From contig OX597841.1 of the NCBI GenBank assembly GCA_951406725.2, positions 12,648,001-12,712,000 of the forward strand: DNA of 64,000 nucleotides. The letters are read 5' to 3'. Within the stretch, counting starts at the first letter, position 1. The number at the start of each line of letters is the position of its first letter. The notes under the pieces are model-generated. The model saw nothing but the letters and a program-made list of their open reading frames with translations. It made no database searches and was not told where the DNA came from. Source of the stretch: Octopus vulgaris (lineage: Eukaryota). Below are positions 26,747 through 40,711 of the stretch, in pieces. Both the position numbers and the translations under genes were made by a program.

Positions 26747-26789
<43 letters not shown>

Positions 26790-26806
26790 GTCTACCTATC
26801 TATCTT

Positions 26807-26845
<39 letters not shown>

Positions 26846-26870
26846 CTCTCTCTCTCTCTCTATCTGTCTG

Positions 26871-26957
<87 letters not shown>

Positions 26958-27018
26958 CTCTATCTGTCTGCCTGTCTGTCTATTTATCTATCTATCTATC
27001 TATCTCTCTATTTATCTA

Positions 27019-27053
<35 letters not shown>

Positions 27054-27082
27054 GTCTGTCTGTCTATCTATCTATCTCTCTA

Positions 27083-27114
<32 letters not shown>

Positions 27115-27162
27115 CATATCTCTCTATCTGTCTGTCTGTCTGTCTATCTATCTCTCTCTCTA

Positions 27163-27198
<36 letters not shown>

Positions 27199-27290
27199 TC
27201 TATCTGTCTGTCTGTCTGTCTTTCTATCTAATCTTTCTGTCTGTCTGTCTGTCTGCCTTCCCGCCTGCCTGTCTGTCTGTTTGTCTACAT
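26685..27290. repeat. (CTAT/CTGT)n microsatellite
   Basis: Seen directly. Similar tracts at 19030-19155, 38950-39400, 45535-46410 and 61240-61980. Confidence 0.95.
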
Positions 27291-27681
27291 CGTTGTGTGG
27301 CTAAGAACACCCACATATGTACATACATGGTGATTACTTCATCTCAGTGGTTCACAAAATCTTATACGGACCCCTGGGGCTCTATACAAGATGTTGGGGG
27401 TGGGGTCCACATAAGCAAAATAGAAAACTGGGTCCACAGCATCATTTTAAGGGTACATGAGAAAAAATTGCTCTAGATGTATTTTTTGCAAGAAACCAGC
27501 TAGATTTCTTTCTCTAACCCAGACAAATGAATGTGCGACGAACAAAATAGGAATTTTAAAAGACATATGTGTAGGAGGAAGGGCACGCGAAAACGACAGG
27601 TGTCGCTGGAGAGGCCACAGGTGTGTGACGACAGATTTCAGGACGATGGACATGTGCTGAAATTTGAAAAAAAAACAATAG

Positions 27682-28200
27682 TCATCATCATCATCATTGT
27701 TCGACCGTCGTCGAGACAATGGAATTTACCATGCTACGCCAGACTTCACGGTCCATCATGGCATTACGGAGGTCCTGTTGCTGGATGCCTGTATCCCTGG
27801 AGATTACATCAGGGTAGGAGAGTGTGCGCCTTCTGGTATTGCGAGTAGATGGCTTCCAGAGGAGAAGAGTAGAAATTACCTCTTTTTCAGCTCAACAAAA
27901 ATGTCCAGCAAACTGGACTCTCCTATCTTTCACAAGAGATGACACAGGTGGTAGTTTCCCATTTATTTGCATTTTGGTTGGATGGCGCTTCCACGAGAGA
28001 TTTTGAGCTCTCATAAGGAGGCGAGTGTAGGTTCCATCCAACCGCCTCTCAGGCTTCTTTGATAACGTCCAGGTTTCTGAGCCATATAGTAGAATTGGTT
28101 CGACTGTGGCTTTGAATATTTCAAGTTTGAAGTCTCTTCTTAGATTTGATGACCAGATCTTATGCATGTCATTACAGGCTGACCAGGCCATACTCTTTCT
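27682..28200 (-). mobile_element. RTE-group LINE 3' end with (TGA)n tail
   Basis: FKATVEPILLYGSETWTL...RRVQFAGH...AMMDREVWRSMV, stop codon running into TGATGATGATGA. Confidence 0.88.
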
Positions 28201-28944
28201 TATGTATATACCCATGTATATACATAAGAACAGTAAAAAACGAGTGAAGAACAAATATATAACGCGTGTGTTTATTTGGGAAAAAATGACCGTCCCGAAA
28301 TACAGCGATAGTTCTGAAACATCAAATGTCTATGATGGCGGACACCAGAATAAAACAGTAATCAAAGGTGTCCATAGATTAAAAATTGGATGAAAACCAC
28401 AGCATCATCTTCACAGATGACTGTTGTCTGTTTGTGCCACGTCGTTGGAAATGGCACTCCTGATATTCCATTCTTGACCTCTCCGATGATATTCAGTTTC
28501 GCTACAGATCTGCCTGGTTTCCAACTGGTTGAGTCTGCACACGCCGCCATTCTTCTTTCGCCATAGAACTTTCAACCGTTGGAATGGCAAGTGCGGTCAT
28601 CATAAAGAGAGACATCTGCACTACAGGGATAAAGACTTGTACAACAAGAATGTCACTCTCTGAAACTTCCTGATCAGTACTTAGTGATAGGCCGAAGCGA
28701 GATAACCAGTAATCACGTGAAACCACAGATTTTCCATCAGAATGTCCCTCTCCTCGAAAGCACCAAAACTGGTGCATTTATATGCCAGGGTTTCATAGCT
28801 GGGGCCCTAACACAAGCTGCTACTCCAGATCAGAGTAGGCCAGGGAACGACAGTGGCTAAAAGACGGTCCCACGCTCCTCAAAAGCTTCGAACTCTCGAA
28901 CCAAGGCCCCGCTCCTTGATGCAGTTTAAAGTCATATCCACGAC

Positions 28945-29268
28945 ATCCGGCACTCCGTCGGTTGCGACGACCAGGTTTCCAGTTGATCCGATCAACGGAA
29001 CAGCTTGCTCGTGAAATTAACACGCAAGTGGCTGAGCACTCCACAGACACGTGTACCCTTAACGTAGTTCTCGGGGAAATTCAGCGTGATACAGAGTGTG
29101 ACAAGGTTGACCCTTGTGAATTAAAGGTACAACTCATTTTTGGCAGTTGAGTGGACTGAAGCAATGTGAGATAAAGTATATTGCTCAAGGACACGATGTG
29201 CCACTGGGAATCGAACTCGCAACCTTATGATCGCGAACAGAACACCCTAACCGCTAAGCCACGCGCCT
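28945..29268 (-). mobile_element. tRNA-derived CORE-like SINE family C, full length
   Basis: GCGTGGCTTAGCGGTTAGGG...GAGTTCGATTCCC...GTGTCCTTGAGCAA. Second copy at 54608-54812(+). Confidence 0.82.
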
Positions 29269-29289
29269 TCACTCTACGACATGGATACA

Positions 29290-29530
29290 TAAAAAGGGCC
29301 GAAGATCCTTCCCGAGTCGTATAGACTCATGGGACTGGTTCCCCGGTTTCTGTGGGACACATACAGACCCCTGGATAGGACGCCACTCCGTCGTAGGATG
29401 ACTCACTTTTGTCAGCTGAGTGGAATGGAGCAATGTGAAATGAAGTGTCTTGCTCAAGAACACAATATGACTCCCCTGTCCAGGAATCGAAACCACAACC
29501 ATACGATCACGATTGCAGCACCCTAAGCTA
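29290..29530 (-). mobile_element. SINE with family-C core and family-D 3' end
   Basis: TTGAGCAAGACACTTCATTTCAC core followed by GGAGTGGCGTCCTATCCAGGG...CCACAGAAACCGGG. Confidence 0.7.
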
Positions 29531-29982
29531 AACACACAAACACACAAGCACCCAAAGCTAAACACACACACACACACACTCACATGTGTGTGTGTGTGGC
29601 TGTGCGGTAGGTAGCTTGCATACTAACCACATGGTTCTGGGTTCAGTCCCACTGTGTGGCACCTTGGGCAAATGTCTTCTACTATAGCTTCGGGCCGACC
29701 AAAGCCTTGTGAGTGGATGTGGTGGACGGAAACTGAAAGAAGCCCGTCGTATACGTAAGTATATATATAAGGCCATAATTCTTCATCAGTTATCAACCGA
29801 ATGTTAATCCTCAGTTTTGTGCCTTTAATGATAATACGTGTAGCACTCTGGCACTCAACTTGTATTCGTTTCATCGATCCCGAAAGAATGAAAGGCAAAG
29901 TCGACCTCGGACGGAATTTCCATCAAGCGTTTGGCTTGCTGTGGTAGCAATTCAACCAGCTGACCGCCTTTAGGTGTACACA

Positions 29983-30028
<46 letters not shown>

Positions 30029-30653
30029 AGCGTCTGTGTATGTGTGTATAAATATATATTAACATATACGAAAGCACAAACACACATACATACACAACAT
30101 ACATATGTAACGTTCGTGTGTGTATATAAATATATATGGATATATATAAAGAGAGAGGGAGAGTGAGACACATACATACATGCATACATACCTACATACA
30201 TACACGCGCACGCACACAGATATTTTTGCTCTTTTCAACGCCTCGCCGTCACCTCCACCTTTTAAACCCAACTTAAGCCTTAATGAGAAGATACATCCAT
30301 CCATATTTAACGATATCCAGCTGATTAATCAACGAAGCCATCAAACTCACTTTTCTCTCCCCTCCACTCCCTGTCGTCTGCTCTCTTCCATTTCTGTTTC
30401 GTTGTTTTTCTCCTTGTCGCCGCCATTACAATACAAGATAAAACTCTCCCAGGGTCTGATGTCTCGGCATTAGATCGTGGGAGACTTAATCAGGCAGGGT
30501 TTTAGGATCAGTATGGTTTAGATGATGAGGTGAGATATGAATAGAAGTGGTGGTGGTGGTGGTGTAGAGGCGGGGAAAGATGTGGTATGGAGAAAAATAA
30601 TACATACATGTATGTATATAAACATATATGTGAGTGTGTGTAAATATGTATGT

Positions 30654-30727
<74 letters not shown>

Positions 30728-30820
30728 ATGTGAGTTTATGTATATATATATACGCACACGCATACATGCGTATATATATATATGTAGTTCAAATTTATGT
30801 ATAATGCATATATGTATATG

Positions 30821-30895
<75 letters not shown>

Positions 30896-31006
30896 ATGTG
30901 AGTTTATGTATATATATATACGCACACGCATACATGCGTATATATATATATATATATATGTAGTTCAAATTTATGTATAATGCATATATGTATATGTATA
31001 TGTATG

Positions 31007-31040
<34 letters not shown>

Positions 31041-31166
31041 TAACAATTGCAGCGTGGAAGATCAGGTCATTTGCTAAGCAAGTACGCACACACACACACA
31101 TATATATGACTTACTTGGCTCGAAATACGAGAGTAGAAAAACAGCCAACAACTGATGAAGGGTCGT

Positions 31167-31224
<58 letters not shown>

Positions 31225-31829
31225 ATATCTCTCTGTGTATCTGTATAATATACATATGTATGTATATGAACATACACATATGCATTTATATGCACATATA
31301 TGTGTATACATAGACGTACGTGTGTGTATGTGCGTGTGTGTGTGTGTGTGTATGTATATAAATGAGCGTTTATTATAAAGCAGTATATACGTTTACGCCT
31401 GTGTGTATATTATGTGATTAACGATCGCCACAGCCCGTTATTAGTGGTTGTGCTTTACTAATAACGTCGGCCATAACGCTGGGATGACGTTAACGGGAGA
31501 CTTTATAGCCTGGACGTTGGTCTGGTGGTTGAGATGGCGGAGAAGGGGAGCTGTTATGGGAGGATGTGATTGTGCGATGATATCTGTGGAACAAGGGAGT
31601 GAGTGTGATGCTGGGAATTGCGTGTATGTATGTGTGTGTGTATATATATATATTTAAATATTCATAACCAGTGAGTGCATAACAATCAGTTGGTGCATTA
31701 ATTAGCAATGTTCATGTATGGCTGTTAGTGTGTTTGGGATCAGGTTTGCCAGATAAAACTTAGATGTGTTTCCACCAAAGATTGGTCCAGGCCATGTTAC
31801 AGATATCTATCTATCTATCTATCTATCCT

Positions 31830-31873
<44 letters not shown>

Positions 31874-32059
31874 CATCTGTCTACCTATCTATCTTTCTCC
31901 TCCCCCCTCTCTCTATAGTCGTAAGACACCTGCTGTTTTTCTCCTGTTATTACTATTATTGTTTTTTGTATTTTATATTCGTGTGGCATCGTCCGTTTTT
32001 CTGTCCCTGTTTCGTATACATTTGATCCTTTTTCCAAGAAATCTAATGCTCGTAGCTTA

Positions 32060-32232
32060 GTTTTTCCTTGGGGCTGGCCGGATCGGAGCGATCTCAAGAT
32101 TAATCAGCCAAAATTGCTAGGATGATCCGGTTCTTGACTGAAGATTGAAGGCTTCGAATGTCCCGTCCGTGTTTTTTGTATCGTCTTCTAAATGTTTTAT
32201 GCGTTCTTGTCCCAGTTTGTATTTTTTTACAT

Positions 32233-32235
<3 letters not shown>
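32060..32235 (+). mobile_element. Short (TA)n-terminated element, probably a Penelope-like terminal repeat
   Basis: Near-identical to the sequence at 57135-57347. T-rich tail runs into (TA)n. Confidence 0.55.
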
Positions 32236-32292
<57 letters not shown>

Positions 32293-32314
32293 ATTTATCT
32301 ATGTCTGTCTTTCT

Positions 32315-32430
32315 GTAGACAAGTGTCTTCTGCTATAGCCTCGGGCCGACCAAAGCCTTGTCAGTGGATTTAGTAGACGAAAATTGAAAAAAACCCGTCA
32401 TGTGTGTGTGTGTGTGCGTGTGTGCGTGTG

Positions 32431-32463
<33 letters not shown>

Positions 32464-33430
32464 GCGTGTGTGTGTTTGTTACTGTTTGTCTCCCCCATCA
32501 CCGCTTGATGGCCAGTGTTGGTGTGTTTACGTTCCCATAACTTAGTGGCTCGGCAAAAGTGACCGATAGAATAAGTACCAGGCTTGAAAAAAATGTATTG
32601 GAGTCAATGCATTCGACTAAAAATTCTCGAGGGCGGTGGGTGCCCCAGCATGACCGCAGTCCAAACACTGAAACAAGAGATAAAGATGTAATACACACAC
32701 ACCTACCGTTTGTTTCAGTCATTAGACTACGGCCATGCTGGGGCACCATCTTGAAGGATCTTAGTCGAATGAATGGACCCCAGCACTTTTATTTTCTTTC
32801 TAAAGCTGATACTTATTCTATCGTTCACCTTTACCGAACCGATAAGTTACAGGGAGGTAAACACACCAACAGCGGTTGTCAAGCGATGATAGGGAACAAA
32901 CACAGACAAAAAAAAAAACAGATATATCCATTTATATACTTTTCTATTCCCAAGGTTCTGCTGGCCACGAAACATACGTAGCCTGGATTTTAACCCCTTC
33001 TCCCTAATTTGGGGATGTTTATTCGCGTATACAACAACCCCAGTTGCTAACCGTGGACCCATAAAATTAACTTTTTTTCCAGCTTATCTCATACTCTTTA
33101 CTCTTTTACTTGTTTCAATCATTTGACTGTGGCCATGCTGGAGCACCGCCTTCGGTCGAGCAAATCGACCCCAGGACTTATTCTTTGTAAGCCTAGTACT
33201 TATTCTATCAGTCTCTTTTGCCGAACCGCTACGTTACGGGGACGTAAACACACCACCATCGGTTGTCAAGCGATGTTGGGAAGAGAAAAAACACAGACAC
33301 ACAAACATATATATATACATACATACATACACATACATACATACACATATATGCATACATACATACATACATACATACATACATACATACATACATACAT
33401 ACATACACATGATGGACTTCTTTCGGTTCC
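32315..33430. mobile_element. Cluster of SINE family A copies (32315-32690 +, 32705-32900 -, 33093-33430 -)
   Basis: Direct match to the family. Confidence 0.8.
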
Positions 33431-33459
33431 CATCTATAGATCCAATGAAAGTGCATAAG

Positions 33460-34018
33460 CAGTAGGGCCACCTTCCAGAACCTGTGGCCAATCATGGTCG
33501 TTTCGTATTCAAGGTATGATGCTCTGACCGGGGAAATTATCGATGCCAACCCGTATTCTGAACAGTTGGAGCGGATCTTTGCCATTTTTCGGGGAAAAGA
33601 TTCGGCATTGGTTAGCAGAAACCAAGCTCCGCTACAACAAGACAACACAAGGCCTCGGACCGCTCGAGCGACCCAAAATGAAACCCAAGAACCTGAAGGA
33701 ATCGGACTGAGGGCTCACCCGGCCCATAGTCTGGACCTAGCTCCCTTGGGTTATTACTAGTTTTGATCCAGGGCTCTATTCCTGCAATGGTGACACTTCA
33801 TAAACCAAGAGGAAATGGAAGCCTCAGTGAAGGAGTTCTTTGTCTCGAAGGACAACAACTGGTATCAGTGTAGGATCAAAGAACTGGCAGAAAGATGGCT
33901 TGAGACGGTCCAATACGATGGCCTCCACTTCGAATGCCAGACGGCTTTTGTTGTTGTAACTTGACGAATATTGCAAAGATGTTACCAAAATACCGTGAAA
34001 CTTTGGGTTCGACAGAAT
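33460..34018 (+). mobile_element. Mariner transposase C-terminal relic
   Basis: YSEQLER...LQQDNTRP...HPAHSLDLAPLGYY...IKELAERWLETVQYDGLHFE, with stops. Confidence 0.85.
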
Positions 34019-34880
34019 GTGCATGAGTGTGCGTGTGTGTGTGTGTTTGTGTGTGCGTGTGTGTGTGTGTCTGTGTGTGTGCGTGTGTGTGTTTGTGTGT
34101 GTCTGTGTGTGTGTGTGGTGTGTATGTGTGTGTTTGCGTGTGTGTGTGGTGTGTATGTGCGTGTGTTTGTGTGTGTGTGTTTGTATGTGCATGAGTGTGT
34201 GTGTGTACGTGTGTGTGTGTGTGTGTGCATGAGTGTGCGTGTGTGTGTTTGTGTGTGTGCGTGTGTCTGCGTGTGGTGTGTATGTGTGTGTTTGCGTGTG
34301 TGTGTGGTGTGTATGTGTGTGTGTTTGTGTGTGTGTGTTGAGCTGGTCTTTGCACGGTGGCTTCCGTCTCACATGGTCGCACGGACAAACCCGAGGTTGT
34401 GGTAAGGAACTTTCTAACACCACCCTGGGATTGAACCAAGGAAGCGTGAAGTAGTGATTCGAACTTGTAAACAATGCATGTATGTACATGTGTATGTATG
34501 TGTGTGTTTGCATATGTGCATATTTGTATGTATGTATGTATGTGTTTCTTATGCTGAGTATTGAGTACACTTTTAAGTGAGAAGATGTGTGTGTGAGTGA
34601 GAGTGAGAGTGAGAGAGAGGAAGACAGACAGACATATTGGGAAAGAGAGTGAGAAGGAAAGAGTGAAGAAGGAAAGAGTGAAGAAGGAAAGAGTGAAGAA
34701 GGAAAGAGTGAAGAAGGAAAGAGTGAAGAAGGACGGGTGAACGGAAGAGAAAGAACAAGAGAGAGGGAAACCGAAAGAGGAAGAAAGAGAAGGAAAAGAA
34801 GTGAGAGGAGAAAATGAATGAAAGTGCAAGAAAGAAAGAAAGAAAGAAAGAGAAAGAAAGAAAGAGAAGGAAAGAAAGAC

Positions 34881-34911
<31 letters not shown>

Positions 34912-35160
34912 GAAAGAAAGAAAGAAAGAGAAGGAAAGAAAGAAAGAAAGAAAGAAAAAAGAAAGAAAGAAAGAGAAGGAAAGAAAGACAGAAAGAAAGA
35001 AAGAAAGAGAAAGAAAGAAAGAAAGAAAGAAAGAAAGGAAAGAAAGACAGAAAGAGAGAGAACGAAAGAAAGAAACAAACAAAGAAAGAAGGAAGAAAAT
35101 AAAGAAAACAAGAGAGAAAGAAAGAAAGAAAGGAAGGAAGAGAGAAGAAAAGAGAGAGAA
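34018..35160. repeat. (TG)n tract, 15-bp GAAGGAAAGAGTGAA x5 (34653-34733) and (GAAA)n tract
   Basis: Seen directly. Source of the spurious 472-aa ORF. Confidence 0.92.
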
Positions 35161-35909
35161 TGAGCTGTGTTTGACGTTATTTTCTTCAGTTGATGGCAAA
35201 TGTCTTGAGAAATTGAAAACACGGAATCAAAACAAGAAATTGGTCGCCTCTTCTTCCTCTTCTGCCTCCTCTCCTCCACCACCCTCTCCTCCACCCCTTC
35301 TTAAACAGCTCCACGTTGACACATGAACGTTACCGGAAGTGGAGACATAGAGCGGCGAGCGGAAGTTGCAAGTAAGACATGTTTTCTATACAGATGTGCT
35401 GTTTCTTATCGGTGACATTGTGTTTTGTCATCGTCTCCTTTCCTCTTCATCTTTTCTATCTTCTCCATCTTCTTCTTGTTCTTCTTCTCTGCAGAATAAC
35501 CAATTTAAAAGAATGGAAAACCTAGAGAAGTTTTCTCAAAGAAATTCTTAAACAATTTCTTTGCGAATTTCTTAACAATTTCTTGGCAAAAACATTTTCA
35601 CTGAGAAAACAACATGGTGGCTTTTTATTTGTGTCTTTATTTTATTTTATTTTCGTTTATTTTCAGGTGGTTGAGGAGGGGTGGTCGGGGTTGGGTTGGG
35701 GAGGGCTATTGGCTGCTATTTAAAAATGGCTGACTGTCGGTGGCACACAGTATGGCTGCCTGGGTTTTTTATGTGTCTATATGTATATGCGTGTGAGTGT
35801 ATGCACTCACACACACACACACACATGCACAGACATATATATGTATGTGTACACGCGCTTATATATGTGTATATTATATGTGTTTTGTGTGTATATAGAT
35901 GTATGTATG

Positions 35910-35984
<75 letters not shown>

Positions 35985-36047
35985 GTCTATGAAAGTTCGT
36001 CTCTATATACATACATAAATGTATAAGCATTTATATATGTGTGTGCC

Positions 36048-36109
<62 letters not shown>

Positions 36110-36111
36110 CA

Positions 36112-36149
<38 letters not shown>

Positions 36150-36766
36150 CATATAATGTATATATGTATGTAAATACGTACGGTATACATACATCTGTAT
36201 AAATATTTGTGAATATTGGTGTGTGTGTGTGTGTGTGTTTATCAATATCATTCTGTCTGTGCGTCTCTATACACCTAATTTGTATATTATTTTTCGTAAA
36301 ACCTCACCTCCCCACCACCACCACTATATATCACCAAAAAACCACAAAAACCAAAAAATAAAAACGAAACCAACAACATCTCCCCCATCCCCCCACACAC
36401 ACATTTCCGCCCCCGCCCCCTCATCACCACCGCCACCGCCATCACATTCCATCGAAAACTGTTTACCTTTCGTTTATAAACATGTTGACGACAGCTTATT
36501 TCTCTCTCACCTGCAGAGCGCCTTCTTGCTGCTGTGGTTGTTGATGTTGTTGTTGTTGATGTTGATTCCCAAAAAATCTGTGGATATGCAGACTGAAGAA
36601 GAGAAAAAACCTCCCAAGGTGGCAAATATCACACACAAACACACACACGCAAATATACATTTACTTATATATATATATATGTATATATATATGTGTGTGT
36701 GTTTATAAATATATAATTGCAGATGCACACGTGGTTATGAGAGTATACCGCTTGTGTATTTATGCA

Positions 36767-36824
<58 letters not shown>

Positions 36825-36955
36825 CATATATATATACATATATATAGATATATACATGTGTGTGCATATATATACACGCACATTTTTGTCTGTGCGAGTA
36901 TGAGTGTCCGTCGTTAGCGATTGCCTGCCTGTAAACAACTGGAAGTTATTTTATT

Positions 36956-36996
<41 letters not shown>

Positions 36997-37639
36997 GTAG
37001 TAGTAGTAGTAGTAGTAGTAGTAGCAGTAGCATTAGTAGTAGTTCGGGTAAAAATCATCCATCGGCGTAATGTTCAACGACCGAAAATCCTGTTTTTCTG
37101 GGGTCCGGGCTATAAAAGGAGGGTCACAACCTCGGCTCCTCTCGATCTATCCCAGCCCTCAGCTACCCTCAGCGTTTTCGTCCATGACCTTCCTTCTTTT
37201 TCCTTCCTCCCTGTTTGAAGGGGCCCAGTTGGTAACAATCAGATGATATGAAGAGCCTTGCATGAAATAGCAGCTCCCATTTGAGCCCATGAAGGTCTCT
37301 GTTGTACCTCTCGCCCACGCGCCATCGATGATATTGGTATGTGAAACCCCCAATGTTCCCCTTTCGTCACGGCATAAAGTAACCCCTCTGACCCCTAATA
37401 TCTCCTCTCTTTCTCCTCATAACAATCAAGATGCTTTCTTGCCTCTCCTATCCCGCCATCTTTCTTAACATATGATGCTTTCTCCGCAACGACTAAAACT
37501 TTAAATCTTCCCTTTTCTTCCAACATAAAGGGCGTGCGCAGTGAGGGTTAGCAGTGACCATCATGGGGCAGTTAGGGTTAGCAGTGACCATCATGAGGCA
37601 GTTTGCCGAATGACACCGCAAGTTGTGATATTTGTTATT

Positions 37640-37892
37640 TTGTGATCACGTGTATGATGCAGTCTGCGGCTTTGCCATGGACAGGAAGTTGGAGTCAAGA
37701 ACCAGCGTGACACTTTGCATTAAATAGGTGCAGGAGTGGCTAAGTGGTAAGTAGCTTGTTTACCAACCACATGGTACCCGGGTTCAGTCCCACTGCGTGG
37801 CACCTTGGGCAAGTGTCTTCTACTATAGCCTTGAGCCGACCAAAGCCTTGTGAGTGGATTTGGTAGACGAAAACTGAAAGAAGCCAGTCGTA

Positions 37893-37950
<58 letters not shown>

Positions 37951-38700
37951 TGTGTGTGTTTGTGTGTCTGTGTTTGTCCCCCTAGCATTGCTTGACAACC
38001 AATGCTGGTGTGTTTATGTCCCTGTTACTTAGCGGTTCGGCAAAAAGAGACCGATAGAATAAGTACTGGGCTTACAAAAGAATAAGTCCCGGGGTCGAGT
38101 TGCTCGACTAAAAGGCGGTGCTCCAGCATGGCCGCAGTCAAATGACTGAAACAAGTAAAAGAGTAAACTTGGGACGTCTGCTACGGAGACATTGATCGTG
38201 CTTCAGGAAGCTTACAGCGATGAGGCAATGGGACGGACACAAGGTTTCGAGAGGTAGGAACGCTTCAAAAGTGGAAGAACGTCCCTGGAAGGGAATGGGC
38301 GATCTGGAAGATCTGGTATGAGGGTCAGACCTGGATACGTGGAGAAAATTCATCAGCGTCTGCATAAGGATCGTCGGAGGAGAATCAACGACTTTGCTGA
38401 TGTTGGTCTGTCGTAAGGGTCCGTGGAAGCAAACCTAACTTTCTGGGTTCTTCCTGACTACAGCAGCACTTTGTCCCCGTGCCCTTCTCACTCATGAGCT
38501 TCTCACCAAAATCAACATGGTATCGCTTCTGCATCCACCAGTGGACTTCCGTTTTTTTCCTCCAAGATGCGAATGCAGCTCAAAGATCGCCGTTTTAATA
38601 CCGTTGTCAGGACCAAGAGTGAATTGCTGAAGGTTCTCGAATCGCTTACGAAAGACGACTTCCTCGACGGATTATTTCTCTTTAAGACACACGCAGCACA
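37640..38700 (+). mobile_element. Degraded mariner interrupted by a SINE family A copy
   Basis: MDRKLE.R..V.LCIK | LGTSATET...AYSDEAMGRTQGF...FKSGRTSLE. Same family as 52390-53120. Confidence 0.78.
37725..38165 (+). mobile_element. SINE family A, full length, nested in the mariner
   Basis: Direct match to the family. Confidence 0.9.
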
Positions 38701-40028
38701 CTTTTTCATTCGCAGACATTTTGAAGCATGGACACGTTTTTTCTGTAAAGATACTTCCATACACGCCCCACCCCCGTTCGCCAAACGCGCAGAAAGTTTT
38801 CAATACGCAACCGCGCGCGCGCGCGTACACATACATACGTAATATTTTGCATCATAATTGATTACTAAATGGACTGATAGCCAATTCAGTGAAGGAGCTT
38901 ACTGCGATACCCACACCATTCTCTCAATCCATTTTTATAGTACACTGTATCTATCTATCTATGTATCTATCTATCTATCTATCTATCTGTCTATTCATCC
39001 ATCTGTTTATCTATCTGCCTACCTACCTGTCAACCTACCTACCTGTCAACCTACCTACCTACATACATACCTGTTTGTCTGTCTATCTATTTATATATCT
39101 ATCTATCTATCTATTATCTGTCTGTCTATCTGTTCATCAGTCCGTCCTTCTGTTTGTCTGTCTATCAATCCATCCATCCATCCATCCATCCACCTACATA
39201 CCTACCTACCTACTTATCTGTCTATCTATCTACCTACCTACCTATCTATCTGTCTATCTACCTGTCAATCCGTCCGTCCGTCTGTTTGTCTGTCTATCTA
39301 TCTATCCGTCCGTCCGTCCGTCCGTCCATCCATCCATCCATCCATCAATCAATCTAATCTATCTATCTATCTACCTATCTATCTATCTATCTCTCTCTAT
39401 ATATATATATATACATACATATGTGTGTGTGTGTGTGTGTGTATATCTATAAATACATATGAACATACACACACATCAACACACGTACACATATATTGAC
39501 CATGGGACAGTACGGTCCGGCACGTAAATTAAGAATATGGAATTATGTCCAGATGTAGCGATAAAGGACTATGGATTATCAATAACTGATCAATATTCCA
39601 TCAATTGGATTATTGATGGATTATCGATTAGGGATGAAACAATGTTAATTCATTTCATCAACTGTGAAGATTCTGCTGAAACAATAATTGGCCTTGTTTA
39701 ACCCCGGGTCACTCCTGATCCAACATTTCTATGATGGAAGATGATCCAGCTATGCACTGAAGACGGCGCGATTACGGTTTCGATTCCCAGACCGGTGACG
39801 TGTGGTGTTCTTGAGCAAAACCCTTCATTTCACGTGGCTCCGCCCACTCAGCAGCAATGTTACATATTCCATTCAGGGTGGGGTGTCCGTCTGCCGGCCT
39901 AAACAGTGGGGAGACGTCATCCAAAGGGCACTGTAATACAGTGGTGTGCATACATACATACATACATATATACATACATACATCTGGTTCTTACTTTAAC
40001 ATACATACATACATACACACATACATTC

Positions 40029-40059
<31 letters not shown>

Positions 40060-40104
40060 CATACATACATACATACATACATACATACATACATACACTG
40101 CCTA

Positions 40105-40565
40105 AATATCAATCTTGAGAAATTAGGCTTCTTAAAGCCAGAAAGGAGAAAGCTAATTGGAAGACTACAGATCCAATCCATCACTGGAACTGTAAAAAAT
40201 CTGTAGAACTTTCCAAAAATTTATCATTTAAATATATCTGAATATATATGAGCCTGTCTAGATATGTAGCTATATGCATGAGAAGACGTACATAAAGCAA
40301 AACATACAAATCTGCACATATACATACATACATACCTACATAAATACATACATACATACATACTTACATACATACATACATACATACATACACACATACA
40401 TACATACATACATACATACATACATTCATACATACAGACATACACACACACATACATACAAAAATGCCCTGTTGATGTTGACATTCCAATGAAGGAAGCT
40501 TGGATCTAGGTTGGAAACCGACTCTTTATTGGCAAGAATTCTTGGAATAAAACTGAACAATGACA
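40105..40565 (+). mobile_element. Probable 3' end of an RLE-type non-LTR retrotransposon embedded in (TACA)n
   Basis: LEKLGFLKPERRKLIGRLQIQSITGTVKICRTFQKFII-stop, then a UTR-like segment ending in (TACA)n. Confidence 0.5.
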
Positions 40566-40711
40566 TACAAACATACACACGTGCTTACATACCTGTATTC
40601 GATATACCTGTATTTGCCTATGGTGTACGTACGTACAAACATACATATGCATACACACATACATACACACACGCTAACATACGTACATGCATGCGTACAT
40701 ACATACACACA

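Noticed and set aside
28400-28945. RTE 5' UTR with an HDV-like ribozyme
   Set aside because: Some hairpins are visible, but I could not build the nested double pseudoknot or link it to the RTE fragment.
33876-35294. 472-aa minus-strand ORF
   Set aside because: Made of (TTTC)n, (CA)n and antisense mariner sequence.
37572-37582. Interstitial telomere TTAGGGTTAG
   Set aside because: Fewer than two units, and part of a 30-bp duplication.
40480-40550. CCAATGA...GAAAC hammerhead-like motif
   Set aside because: Two core substitutions and no convincing stem III.
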